Source: Christensenellaceae bacterium
GTDB taxonomy: Bacteria; Bacillota; Clostridia; Christensenellales; UBA1242
Assembly (NCBI GenBank): GCA_031262595.1
Contig: JAISHI010000006.1
Span: 438 to 64,437 of the forward strand
Length of the DNA stretch: 64,000 nt
Direction of reading: 5' to 3'
Positions 46,304 through 55,010 of this stretch are shown here, one piece after another. Both the position numbers and the translations under genes were made by a program. Below the pieces are notes generated by a model. That model worked only from the letters and a program-made list of their open reading frames with translations, ran no database searches and was not told the origin of the DNA. Every line of letters begins with the position of its first letter. The first letter of the stretch is position 1.

Positions 46304-46753
46304 CTATTTTATCTTTATATACCGCGCCCTTTTAAAGTTATAACTCGAAAGAGCGCGGTCTAGGCTGTCGTTGTCGTGGGCGCAAATGAAGATTTCGTCG
46401 GCGGAAATATCGCTAACTATTAAAGTATGCGCGAAAAAGTTGCCGTCGAATGAGAGTTGGATAACGTCGCCGACCGAGAGTTCGTCGCGCTCGACGAAAA
46501 CGCCGCGCCCTGACTTATTTATGTAGTTATAAAAGAATTCAACGCCCGTCCAACTCGCCGACTTATCATAACCGTTTTCATAATACCAACCATAAAGCCC
46601 GCGCGTTTGTTTCATTCCGCCGGCGAATAAGCATTGGCTAACAAAATTCGTGCAATCCCCGCCGAGTTTCGCAAAATCTAAGTATTTCGGGTTGCGGCGC
46701 ATCGCCCAAGTTCGCGCGTAGGCGACAGCGGCAGCGCGGTTATATTGTTCCAT
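46304..46753 (-). CDS. Putative amidase-domain (Amidase_6-like) protein
   Basis: 149 aa with AVAYARTWA...GGDCTNFVSQCLFAGGM, a catalytic-Cys context. Confidence 0.55.
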   Translation of the reverse strand: MEQYNRAAAVAYARTWAMRRNPKYLDFAKLGGDCTNFVSQCLFAGGMKQTRGLYGWYYENGYDKSASWTGVEFFYNYINKSGRGVFVERDELSVGDVIQLSFDGNFFAHTLIVSDISADEIFICAHDNDSLDRALSSYNFKRARYIKIK

Positions 46754-46759
46754 ACCTCA

Positions 46760-47530
46760 TTATATTAGCATCTTAATTTTTGTGTCAGCCGCGTGCGTCC
46801 CAAGAAAATTCTCGATATCGCGCTCGTATAAAATAATGTCATCGAGTATAAACTTCGCGTTAAAATTATTCGGGATAAGCTTATAAATCTCGAAAAGCGT
46901 ATATGCCTCATTTATGACGAACTCCCTAACTTGCGAATTTTTATTTTTATTAAACGCAGGAATAAAGTTCGGTTTTTTGCTGTCGATAAGGATTGATAAA
47001 AATAAGAAAGTTAAAAAAATCGAGATGGAATAGTTTAAAAAGATAAAAATTAAAATCATTGCGCCGATAATCCCTAGCGAAAAGAATTTTAATCCTTTCT
47101 CAAAACCCTTGCGTTCGCTAAAAAGCTCATTAAGAATTTTTCCGCCGTCAAAACCATAAATCGGTAAAAGGTTCAAAACCGCTGGGAAAAGGTTCGCGTA
47201 AATCATGAACTCTACCCCGCTAAAAAGGCTCGGCGCAAACCAAAGCACGCTCGAAAATAGGATTATAGCGACGGCGTTCGCGAGCGGGCCCGCTAATAAA
47301 ACCGCAATTTTCTTATCGCGCGATAAAAACGAGCAATCGATATTAAGCGCGCAACCAAACGGCAAAATCGCGAGCCGCTCTACGTAAAGGTTATATCGCC
47401 GCGCAGCAGCCGCGTGGGCAAGTTCGTGTAAGATAACCGCAAAAAGCATCGCGCAAATGATTTGCCCCGCGCCCGCGACAAACGACGCGACAATAACGAC
47501 GATAAACAGCGGATGAACAAAGAACTTCAT
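46760..47530 (-). CDS. M50 family site-2 metalloprotease
   Basis: 256 aa, polytopic, with HELAHAAAA (HExxH) in the first TM region. Confidence 0.7.
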   Translation of the reverse strand: MKFFVHPLFIVVIVASFVAGAGQIICAMLFAVILHELAHAAAARRYNLYVERLAILPFGCALNIDCSFLSRDKKIAVLLAGPLANAVAIILFSSVLWFAPSLFSGVEFMIYANLFPAVLNLLPIYGFDGGKILNELFSERKGFEKGLKFFSLGIIGAMILIFIFLNYSISIFLTFLFLSILIDSKKPNFIPAFNKNKNSQVREFVINEAYTLFEIYKLIPNNFNAKFILDDIILYERDIENFLGTHAADTKIKMLI

Positions 47531-47589
47531 ATCAAGATTTATGATTTTCGGCTTGTTATTATTTCATATATAGGCTAGACTTATCTAAT

Positions 47590-48867
47590 ATGGCAAAAGC
47601 TTGGTATAAAATCGATAACGCGGGGATAATTTATCCGCTAACGTTCAAAAAAAACGACACTTCGTTTTTCCGCTTGTCCGCCGTTTTGAAAAAGGACGTT
47701 AACCCCGAAATTTTATTAAAAGCGACTGGGGCCGCGCTAATTCGGTTCCCAATGTTTAAAGTTAAAATGAAGTCGGGCTTTTTTTGGCCGTATCTCGAAG
47801 AAAACGACGCCGAAATCAAGATAACGAAGGAAAGCCCCTATCTCCATTCCCTCCATTTCCGCCGCGAGCAAAACGGCTATCTTTTTTCGGTTATGCACTA
47901 CGGAAAACGCGTTTCGGCGCAATTCTTCCACGGGCTTTGCGACGGGCACGGCGGTTTAGAGTTCTTTAAAACAGTTCTTTATTATTATTTTACCTTGTCG
48001 GGCGAAAAAATTTCGAATAACGGCGAGATTTTAACGAACGAAGTTGAGAGGCTTTTCGAGGACGATAAGGATAACTTCTTTTTAAATTATAATAAGAAGG
48101 TTTCCGCTCAGCTCGCCGACGAAAAGGCGTTTCGGCTTAAAGGAAATTTTTATAAAAACGGTTTCCAATCCATTTTCGAGGCGACTTGCGACGAGGCAAG
48201 CCTTAAAGCGGCGGCGAAAAAATACGACGCAACCGTCGGTCTTTATCTTTCCGCCCTTTTAGTTTATCATACTTATTTACTCTTTTATAAGGATAGGTTC
48301 GCGAAAAAACAATTCCCAATCCGCCTTTTCTTACCCGTTGACCTTAGAAAATATTTCGATTCGAAAACGCTCCGCAATTTCTCGCTCTTTATAAGAACAA
48401 CCCACCGTTTCGAAACTGCGCTAACCTTCGAGGACGTAATCGAAGAACTTCGCGGGCAATTCACGGAAGAATTATCAAAAGAAAAACTCGAAGCCCGAAT
48501 TAAACAAAATATCGGCTTCCAAACGATTTTACCGGTTCGATTATTGCCGCTCGCGCTTAAAAAATTCATCGTAAAAATCGCGTTTAAGTTTATAAACAGC
48601 AACGCATCGACGATAACCCTCTCAAACTTAGGAAAAATTTCGCTACCGAAAGAGTTCAACGACCTAGTAGAAAAGTTAGAGTTTACGATTCCAGCTTGTA
48701 AGGTTGCGCCGATTGTTGCATCGTCGGCTTGCTTTAACGGAAAAGTTACGATAACGCTCACTAGCATCTACATAAGCCGCGCGTTCCAAAAGCAAGTCTT
48801 TAACCAACTTCGAAACGACGGCGTTTCGTTTTATATCGAATCTAATGACGTGGAGGCGGGGTTATGA
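47590..48867 (+). CDS. Condensation-domain-like acyltransferase (HxxxDG motif)
   Basis: 425 aa. FFHGLCDGHGG resembles the catalytic motif of condensation, alcohol-acetyltransferase and PapA5 enzymes. Confidence 0.5.
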   Translation: MAKAWYKIDNAGIIYPLTFKKNDTSFFRLSAVLKKDVNPEILLKATGAALIRFPMFKVKMKSGFFWPYLEENDAEIKITKESPYLHSLHFRREQNGYLFSVMHYGKRVSAQFFHGLCDGHGGLEFFKTVLYYYFTLSGEKISNNGEILTNEVERLFEDDKDNFFLNYNKKVSAQLADEKAFRLKGNFYKNGFQSIFEATCDEASLKAAAKKYDATVGLYLSALLVYHTYLLFYKDRFAKKQFPIRLFLPVDLRKYFDSKTLRNFSLFIRTTHRFETALTFEDVIEELRGQFTEELSKEKLEARIKQNIGFQTILPVRLLPLALKKFIVKIAFKFINSNASTITLSNLGKISLPKEFNDLVEKLEFTIPACKVAPIVASSACFNGKVTITLTSIYISRAFQKQVFNQLRNDGVSFYIESNDVEAGL

Positions 48868-49574
48868 AACATTGCGATAATTGTCAAATGGACGTTAATA
48901 CGGGGCGCGTTTCTTGCCCGCTTTGTAAGGCGATTTTAAAGCAAAACGCCGAAGATACCGACGCTATTTTAGCGCCTATGCCACCCGTTTTGTCGAAAAG
49001 CCGCGAAATGAATCCGCTAACGAAATGGCTTCTTTTGCTCTCGTTTTTTATCGTCGGCGGAAGCGTTTTAGTGAATCTCTTCTTTTGGGACGAGGTCGGG
49101 ATAAATGGACTTTGGAGCCTCGCTGTTTTTCTTATCGTTGAACTTGCTTGGTGGGTTAGTTACGGGTGCGTTTATTATTATCGCCATTTCGGGGCGAACT
49201 TTGCGGTCGTTTTGTTGCTCCTAGGTGGACTTTCCGCGACGCTCGAATATCTCGTTTGCTTTAACGCTTTTGATAACTTATTTATAACGCTTAAATTTGT
49301 TGTGCCTGCGCTTTTTGTCGTTTACGCGCTAACGCTCGCGCTCCGCAGTTTCGTTAACCATAAACATTACGGGACGGATTGCGCCTTTATAATCGTCAGC
49401 GCGCTCTTATATCTCGCATATATGGCAACCTTTTTAGCGATAGACCTCTTTAACAAAGTCGATACATATTGCCTTATTTTCTCTGGGTTTGCTTGCGGTT
49501 TAGTTGTTCTCGGGTTGTTTGTTATCGCGCCTAAACAAACTATTCGCGAGCTTAAAAAAGCGTTCTTTATATAA
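48864..49574 (+). CDS. Zinc-ribbon membrane protein (DUF6320-like, tentative)
   Basis: 236 aa. N-terminal CDNC...CPLC motif followed by 5-6 TM helices. Its start overlaps the upstream gene as ATGA. Confidence 0.45.
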   Translation: MKHCDNCQMDVNTGRVSCPLCKAILKQNAEDTDAILAPMPPVLSKSREMNPLTKWLLLLSFFIVGGSVLVNLFFWDEVGINGLWSLAVFLIVELAWWVSYGCVYYYRHFGANFAVVLLLLGGLSATLEYLVCFNAFDNLFITLKFVVPALFVVYALTLALRSFVNHKHYGTDCAFIIVSALLYLAYMATFLAIDLFNKVDTYCLIFSGFACGLVVLGLFVIAPKQTIRELKKAFFI

Positions 49575-49596
49575 AATTTGCGGAGGCTAGGAACGA

Positions 49597-50847
49597 ATGA
49601 AGATAAAAATAATTACTTTGGGTTGTAAAGTTAACCAATATGAAAGCGAAAAGATTAAAGAAAACTTAATTAAAAATAATTTCGAGATAACGAACGACAC
49701 CTCCGCTGCGGACGCCGTTTTAATAAATTCTTGCGCGGTAACTAACATGGCAATAAAGAAAGTTAGATATGACATTTCGCTCTCTCGGCGCAAAAACGCG
49801 GGCGCAAAAATCTTCGTTTTGGGTTGCGGCGCGGACGAGATTTCGAAAAATAGTTCGCTTGGGCAGGTAGTCGTTCTTAATAAAGAAAACGCGGATAAAT
49901 TGCTAAACTTATTAACCGAGATGCGTTTAAATGCCCAAAATCGAGCCGTAGCGACGCCGCAGGGCAAATTTGAGCAAAATCACACGCGCAACAGATACTT
50001 CATTAAGGTGCAAGATGGATGCAATAATTTCTGCTCTTATTGCATAGTTCCGTTCGCGCGCGGACGCGAAAAAAGCGTTCCCATCGCCGACGTTTTAACC
50101 GAGATTTCCGCGCTTCCCGAAACTATAAAAGAGGTCGTTTTAACGGGCATAAACCTCTCGAATTATGGGTTAGATATCGGTTCGAGCCTCGCCGAACTTT
50201 GCGCGGAGGTTGATAAATTAGGGCGTAAGTTCCGCCTATCAAGCCTCGAACAACATATCATAACACCAAAATTTTTATCCGAGCTAACGCGTCTCAAAAA
50301 TTTTCAGCCGAGTTTTCATCTTTGCCTTCAAAGCGGCAGCGACAAAACCTTACGCGAAATGAACAGGCACTACACCGCCGCCGAGTTTATCGCGAAAACT
50401 AAACTCATCCGCGAGGCGTTTAAAAACGCGACGATTTCGACAGATATAATTGTCGGCTTTCCGACCGAAACCGACGCGGATTTTCGCGAAACCTTAGCGG
50501 TCGCCGAAAAAGTTAAGTTCGCGCATATCCATATCTTCCCCTATTCCGTCCGTTCGGGGACTGTTGCGGAAAAATTTAAACAACTTACCCCTAGCGTTAT
50601 AACCGCGCGCGTCCGCGAATTAACCGAAATTGCCAACAAAATCGAAACCGAAATCTTAAGCGCGCACGTCGGCAAGACTTTAACTTGCCTCATCGAAAAT
50701 AAAAACCAAAGCGGCTATATAGGAACCAGCGCGGAAAATTTCGACGTTATTATTAAAAGCGAAACTCCGCTCGAACTCGATTTTTATGCGGCGAAAATAA
50801 TCGGCGTTTCGTGGAAAAAGTTAATCGGCGAGGTAAAAAATGCTTAA
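49597..50847 (+). CDS. mtaB: Radical SAM methylthiotransferase, MtaB/MiaB-like
   Basis: 416 aa. N-terminal UPF0004 cysteines (LGCKVN, NSCAV, LGCG), radical SAM motif CNNFCSYC and a C-terminal TRAM-like region. Confidence 0.8.
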   Translation: MKIKIITLGCKVNQYESEKIKENLIKNNFEITNDTSAADAVLINSCAVTNMAIKKVRYDISLSRRKNAGAKIFVLGCGADEISKNSSLGQVVVLNKENADKLLNLLTEMRLNAQNRAVATPQGKFEQNHTRNRYFIKVQDGCNNFCSYCIVPFARGREKSVPIADVLTEISALPETIKEVVLTGINLSNYGLDIGSSLAELCAEVDKLGRKFRLSSLEQHIITPKFLSELTRLKNFQPSFHLCLQSGSDKTLREMNRHYTAAEFIAKTKLIREAFKNATISTDIIVGFPTETDADFRETLAVAEKVKFAHIHIFPYSVRSGTVAEKFKQLTPSVITARVRELTEIANKIETEILSAHVGKTLTCLIENKNQSGYIGTSAENFDVIIKSETPLELDFYAAKIIGVSWKKLIGEVKNA

Positions 50848-51640
50848 AATTCAAACCCTATCTAGCGGCAGCAAAGGCAACATAACCTATATTTCGAGCG
50901 GCGAAACCTCAATTTTAGTCGACGTTGGGCTTTGTTTAAAGTCGACATTAAAACGGCTCGCCGACGCCGGCATCGACCCGAAATCCATCTCCGCAATTTT
51001 AGTAACCCACGAACATAGCGACCACATCTCCGGCATCGCGAACTTTATTAAAAAATATAAACCCGCGCTGTTCGTTCATAAAAAAGCCCGCAAGCATTTC
51101 CTCCATAAAATCGGCGAAGTTAACGCCGAGAACGTTTTCGAATTTAATGAACCCTTTACGATTGGCGATATTTTAATAGATTTTTTCGACGTTCCGCACG
51201 ACAGCAAATTTTGTTTCGGCTATACCTTCCAAAACGGCGACTCAAAAGTCGGCGTTCTAACCGACTGCGGGCATTTCCGCGACGAATTTTACGATAAACT
51301 TTTCGGTTGCTACGTTTTAGTTATCGAAAGCAACCATTGCCCCGACAAACTCGCGCGCAATATGAACTATCCGATCTCGCTAAAACGCCGAATTACCGGA
51401 CTTTATGGGCATCTCTCGAACGCAGTTTGCGCGGACGCGATTGCGAAACTCTTCGGGCTCGGCGTTCGGCAGTTCGTCCTCGCGCATTTAAGCGCGGAAA
51501 ATAACTCGCCCTCCCTCGCCTACTCCCAAATAAAATTAAGCCTCGCCGCGAAAAACCTCATAATCGAAGGCGACGACGCCGACCTCTTCATCGATATCGC
51601 CCCCCAACACGAAATCGGCACGCTATTTGAAATCGAATAA
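50840..51640 (+). CDS. MBL-fold metallo-hydrolase
   Basis: 266 aa with the motif HEHSDH. It overlaps mtaB by 8 nt. Confidence 0.8.
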   Translation: MLKIQTLSSGSKGNITYISSGETSILVDVGLCLKSTLKRLADAGIDPKSISAILVTHEHSDHISGIANFIKKYKPALFVHKKARKHFLHKIGEVNAENVFEFNEPFTIGDILIDFFDVPHDSKFCFGYTFQNGDSKVGVLTDCGHFRDEFYDKLFGCYVLVIESNHCPDKLARNMNYPISLKRRITGLYGHLSNAVCADAIAKLFGLGVRQFVLAHLSAENNSPSLAYSQIKLSLAAKNLIIEGDDADLFIDIAPQHEIGTLFEIE

Positions 51641-51684
51641 AAACCGCGTTCAATCCGCGGCTCTTAAATTTATATTGAGTTTTA

Positions 51685-52620
51685 CTATAACAATGTTGCG
51701 CGGTCTTCCGGGATTAGATAATCGAGTTCAATAACGGATCTTATATATTTGCGCGCGTGTTCGATAGTCCAAAATTCGTTGGTTTCGCCCCAAAGGCTCC
51801 AAACAAGGTTTTGGCAAACGAAATTCGTTAGATCAGCGTTATTTAGATAGTTTAAGACTTTAAGGAAGGTTTGGCGCAAGTCGCCATGGCTCAAAAACAT
51901 AACGTCAGGAACGTTAAAGAGTAAGCATTCGATAAAATATCCGCGCGCGATATCGTTCGGCGAAACTTCGAACTCGCGCTTATCCATCGCATAAAGCGTT
52001 TTAAACGCGCGAACCATCTTCTTGAAGTTTCCGTTCGTTCGTTTATCTTTTTGGTCGCCGTTATTTTGATGCAATTTAGGGAAAGTCGCGAAATTCGCGC
52101 CAACTTCATAGTCCGCAACTAAAACGCCCTCGTTTTTTTGCCTGTTGTCGTCCTCGAAACTAAAACTAAACGCCGGCATAACCTCGACGATATGTTTTAA
52201 CTTGCCGTGCGGCTCAATCGTAATTCGCGTTGCCTCTTGGTGCGCCTTATTATCCGTTTCGTTTTGGATTGCCGTAAAAAGCAACTCGCGGAACTGGTCA
52301 ACGCCGAACTTAACCGGCAAGTCGATAAAATAGTTCGCGAAAACGTCGTATCCTTCGCGCGTTGTTGTTCGCGGATTAAACTCGCTGGTTTCCTTAACTT
52401 CGACGATAACCTCGATTTTAGATTGGAAAAAGATATTCGTCTTATTCGCGTAAGAACCATGAAGATAAATATCGACGTCGTCCGCCTCGATTTCCGGAAC
52501 GGCATCAACAACGCTCAAAACCGCGCGCCGAAGCAGCGGCAAAATCTCCTTATAGTCCGCCTTAACAGATTTCGCGTCGATAACCTTGGCTGCCTCTTCT
52601 AAAAGTTCATTTGCAATCAT
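51685..52620 (-). CDS. Nucleotidyltransferase-fold protein (SMODS/CD-NTase-like) with non-canonical catalytic positions
   Basis: 311 aa. HGSYANKTNI...SKIEVIV and IVEVMPAF are collinear with the GS..T...[DE]x[DE] and DvvPa motifs, but the acidic triad reads K/E/E. Confidence 0.55.
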   Translation of the reverse strand: MIANELLEEAAKVIDAKSVKADYKEILPLLRRAVLSVVDAVPEIEADDVDIYLHGSYANKTNIFFQSKIEVIVEVKETSEFNPRTTTREGYDVFANYFIDLPVKFGVDQFRELLFTAIQNETDNKAHQEATRITIEPHGKLKHIVEVMPAFSFSFEDDNRQKNEGVLVADYEVGANFATFPKLHQNNGDQKDKRTNGNFKKMVRAFKTLYAMDKREFEVSPNDIARGYFIECLLFNVPDVMFLSHGDLRQTFLKVLNYLNNADLTNFVCQNLVWSLWGETNEFWTIEHARKYIRSVIELDYLIPEDRATLL

Positions 52621-52654
52621 TTAAAACCCCCAAAATATATATAATTTTCTATAC

Positions 52655-52685
52655 CATAAAGAAAAATCGTTTGTCCAACGATTTT
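52655..52685 (-). terminator. Rho-independent terminator after the 615-aa gene
   Basis: AAAATCGTT-GGACA-AACGATTTT hairpin followed by TCTTT. It separates that gene from the nucleotidyltransferase gene. Confidence 0.6.
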
Positions 52686-52696
52686 CGCGAGTAAGA

Positions 52697-54544
52697 TTAA
52701 AGACTTATGCCGACTGGTTGCAAGGTATCGGCTGGTTGGATTACTTGCGGCTCAAGACTTGATTTAAGCCCTGTTGTGGTTATCTCTTTGGTGGTTTTCT
52801 TACGCGCTGGCGCTATAGTCCCATACTCCTCTTGCCATTTTTTCATCATATAAAATTCCAAGCCCTCTTGCCTGAGTTTTTTCTGCGTAGTTTCCTTGAG
52901 CGCAAGCTTTTTAACGACTTCCATTATAAAAGGCTCTTTATAAATAGGTCTTCGCAGTTCCTCGCCTTTATCTCGTTTTAATTTATAGGCTTCCCAATCT
53001 TCCCACGAACTAATGACCGGCCTTGCCGAATGTTTGTCAAGGCATTGCCCAATAATAGTATTATTTAAAATATGATATTTTTTTCTAAGTCCCCTATACC
53101 CTAATTTTAAAAAGACCGCCGCTATCTCTTTTTCACAATCCTCACTAAAATTAAATTTATATTTCGAATAATCAACCTCTCCCACATGCTCTTTTAACCA
53201 CTTTTCTAACATCGCTAATGATTCAACCCAGACATCTTCGGTCACCCTTTTACGCCCATTTGCCCACCCCACTAACATCGCCGGAGGGACTCCATAAGTC
53301 TCATAAATTTTAGCACGGCTCATGCCTTCTTCTTTCCAAAGCCCCACAAGTTCCGCTTTAAGTTCCTTAGTATACTTAACATCGACTTCGCTCCGCAAGA
53401 GTTCCCAACCTTCACTTTCTTTAAATGCTTTCAACTCATCGAGAGTCCTCATAATAAGCTTCTTTTTGGTTTTGACTACTGGTTTAACTTTTTTCAACCT
53501 CTCTGGCGGCTCGGTGTTTATCTTAATCTTCTCGAATAGCTGATCAAGAACTTTCGGTTTTCCCGCCGCTTCAAGTTTTTTGTCTTCTTCAATCAACCTA
53601 AGAACCTCAGCCCCGAATTCTTCTTGCCATTTTTCGATTGTAGCGTAACCAAATCCCCATTTGACGCTCAAATTCGGTTTCGTAAACTTCCCAAGTTCAA
53701 GCGCCGCAACAACACCCATTCTAAAATCCTCTGTATACTCAGCATCTTGCCGCTCCTCGCCCTTGGCTCGTTTTATTTTAAGGGCTTTTAGATCCTCAAA
53801 CGAACCAACAACAGGTTTTGGTAAAAACTCAGCAATACAGGCCCCAATAAACGCTCTACTTAAACCCTGCTTTTCAAGTCCTGGATAACCTATTTTTTTA
53901 TATTCCTCCGCTATTTCTTTCTTACAATCAATAGTATAATCAAATTGATTTCTCAAGTAATCGCCACTAGCGTAAAACTCTTTCCACATCGCCAACGATT
54001 CAATTCTAACCCTGCTGCTTGGTCCTTCTTTATTCCACCTTTCTTTGTTTGCCCTTTGTGTTTCAATCCTTTCTTTGTTTGCCCTTTTTGCTTCCGCCCT
54101 TTCTTTTTCGGCCCTTTTTTCCGCCCTCTTTTCTGCCCTCTCCTGCCTTGCCCTTTCTTTTTCGACCCTTTCTTTTCTTCTGTTTGCTATTCTCTCCGCC
54201 CTTTCTTTTTCTTCATTTCTCCTTTGTTCCGCCCTTTCCGACCTTACTTTCTCTTTTTCTACTCTTTCTTTTTCTTTGTTTGCTCTTTTTTCTGCCCTTT
54301 CTTGCCTTGCCTTTTCTGTTTCTGCTCTTTTTTTCCTTGCGTTTTCTGTTTCAGACCTTTCTATTTCTCTGTTTATCCGTTCTATTATCCTTGCTCTTTC
54401 TATCATTCTATCTGACCCCACACGCTCACTCTCTACCCTTTCTCTTGCCGCGCGCGATTTCTCTTCAGCCTTTTCTACTAATTTTTTCATCCGTTCTCTT
54501 TCCGCTTCACTCTCTACGAATACAAATTTCTTTAATTTTGCCAT
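52697..54544 (-). CDS. Hypothetical protein: ER/K-rich helix followed by duplicated HTH-like modules
   Basis: 615 aa. Residues about 20-185 are almost entirely E/R/K/A. Two modules of about 130 aa (..ESLAMWKEF.. and ..ESLAMLEKW..) flank an IS3-like HTH (YGVPPAMLVGW). Confidence 0.6.
   Translation of the reverse strand: MAKLKKFVFVESEAERERMKKLVEKAEEKSRAARERVESERVGSDRMIERARIIERINREIERSETENARKKRAETEKARQERAEKRANKEKERVEKEKVRSERAEQRRNEEKERAERIANRRKERVEKERARQERAEKRAEKRAEKERAEAKRANKERIETQRANKERWNKEGPSSRVRIESLAMWKEFYASGDYLRNQFDYTIDCKKEIAEEYKKIGYPGLEKQGLSRAFIGACIAEFLPKPVVGSFEDLKALKIKRAKGEERQDAEYTEDFRMGVVAALELGKFTKPNLSVKWGFGYATIEKWQEEFGAEVLRLIEEDKKLEAAGKPKVLDQLFEKIKINTEPPERLKKVKPVVKTKKKLIMRTLDELKAFKESEGWELLRSEVDVKYTKELKAELVGLWKEEGMSRAKIYETYGVPPAMLVGWANGRKRVTEDVWVESLAMLEKWLKEHVGEVDYSKYKFNFSEDCEKEIAAVFLKLGYRGLRKKYHILNNTIIGQCLDKHSARPVISSWEDWEAYKLKRDKGEELRRPIYKEPFIMEVVKKLALKETTQKKLRQEGLEFYMMKKWQEEYGTIAPARKKTTKEITTTGLKSSLEPQVIQPADTLQPVGISL
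53990..54490. repeat. Strand-asymmetric low-complexity region encoding an ER/K tract
   Basis: The plus strand is almost pure pyrimidine (CCCTTTCTTT-type units). As a result all three plus-strand frames are also open. Confidence 0.8.
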
Positions 54545-54549
54545 ACCCT

Positions 54550-54578
54550 ATTATAAAATATATTATAATAAAAATCAA
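54550..54578 (-). promoter_or_regulatory. Promoter TTGATT-17-TATAAT of the 615-aa gene, with the -10 box 5 nt from the ATG
   Basis: Hexamers read directly from the sequence. Confidence 0.55.
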
Positions 54579-54640
54579 GATTTTTGCGAAATTTGTTAAA
54601 AATTAGTGAAAAAGTGAAAAATTGAAAGAGTGAAAAGTCG

Positions 54641-54664
54641 TAAAAAATAAAGCCTTGCGGCTTT
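54641..54664 (-). terminator. Rho-independent terminator after the SRP RNA
   Basis: AAAGCC-GCAA-GGCTTT hairpin followed by ATTTTTTA on the minus strand. Confidence 0.65.
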
Positions 54665-54677
54665 ATATTTTTACTGG

Positions 54678-54945
54678 GCTTGTCCCCAAAATTGCCCCGA
54701 GATTTCATTACAAACGAACGAAAGAGATTACTCATGTAAAGTTTATTTGTGGCACACGAAAGAGTTTGTTTAGTGCTGCTATGTTCCCATCCTGACACGG
54801 TTCGCAAAACTTCCATTGCACAAGTCCTTACAGTCAACGCAATCGCCTAACGCCGATTATAGTAAAATTCGGCACGCTTGTTGGGTCTTCGGCCTTGGTT
54901 AGCGCACAAGTTATAAGGCATCGCTAATGCCCCACCTAGACAAGC
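54678..54945 (-). ncRNA. ffs: Signal recognition particle RNA (long, Bacillus-type scRNA)
   Basis: The minus strand reads CCGTGTCAGGATGGGAACATAGCAGCACTAAAC, matching the domain IV consensus GUCAGGUCCGGAAGGAAGCAGC. The 5' GCTTGTC pairs with the 3' GACAAGC. It has its own TTGTCA-17-TATAAT promoter and a downstream hairpin with a T-run. Confidence 0.85.
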
Positions 54946-54951
54946 GTTTAA

Positions 54952-54980
54952 ATTATAACCTAAATTTTGCGCTTTGACAA
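54952..54980 (-). promoter_or_regulatory. SRP RNA promoter TTGTCA-17-TATAAT
   Basis: The -10 box ends about 7 nt before the 5' GCTTGTC of the SRP RNA. Its -35 hexamer overlaps the proS -35 hexamer on the opposite strand. Confidence 0.7.
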
Positions 54981-55003
54981 GTGGAAAGATAACGGGATAT
55001 AAT
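54974..55003 (+). promoter_or_regulatory. proS-tyrS promoter TTGACA-18-TATAAT, with the -10 box 7 nt from the ATG
   Basis: Hexamers read directly from the sequence. There is no room for a T-box leader. Confidence 0.65.
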
Positions 55004-55010
55004 AAACATT

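Noticed and set aside
51685-54544. A CBASS-like defence operon (nucleotidyltransferase plus neighbouring effector).
   Set aside because: A terminator and a separate promoter split the two genes. The neighbour has no effector-type domain, and the nucleotidyltransferase has a non-canonical K/E/E triad. I kept it only as a low-interest orphan.
53945-54606. Three overlapping plus-strand ORFs of 156-195 aa, rich in F/L/S/P.
   Set aside because: They are artefacts of the pyrimidine-only plus strand opposite the ER/K-coding tract of the 615-aa gene. All frames are open simply because stop codons need purines.
54532-54837. A 101-aa minus-strand ORF in the ORF track.
   Set aside because: It lies inside the SRP RNA gene and its terminator. 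It has no SD or promoter of its own and no recognisable protein features.
54946-55010. A T-box riboswitch upstream of proS-tyrS.
   Set aside because: Only 65 nt are available, and two interlocked promoters fill them. No specifier or T-box sequence is present.
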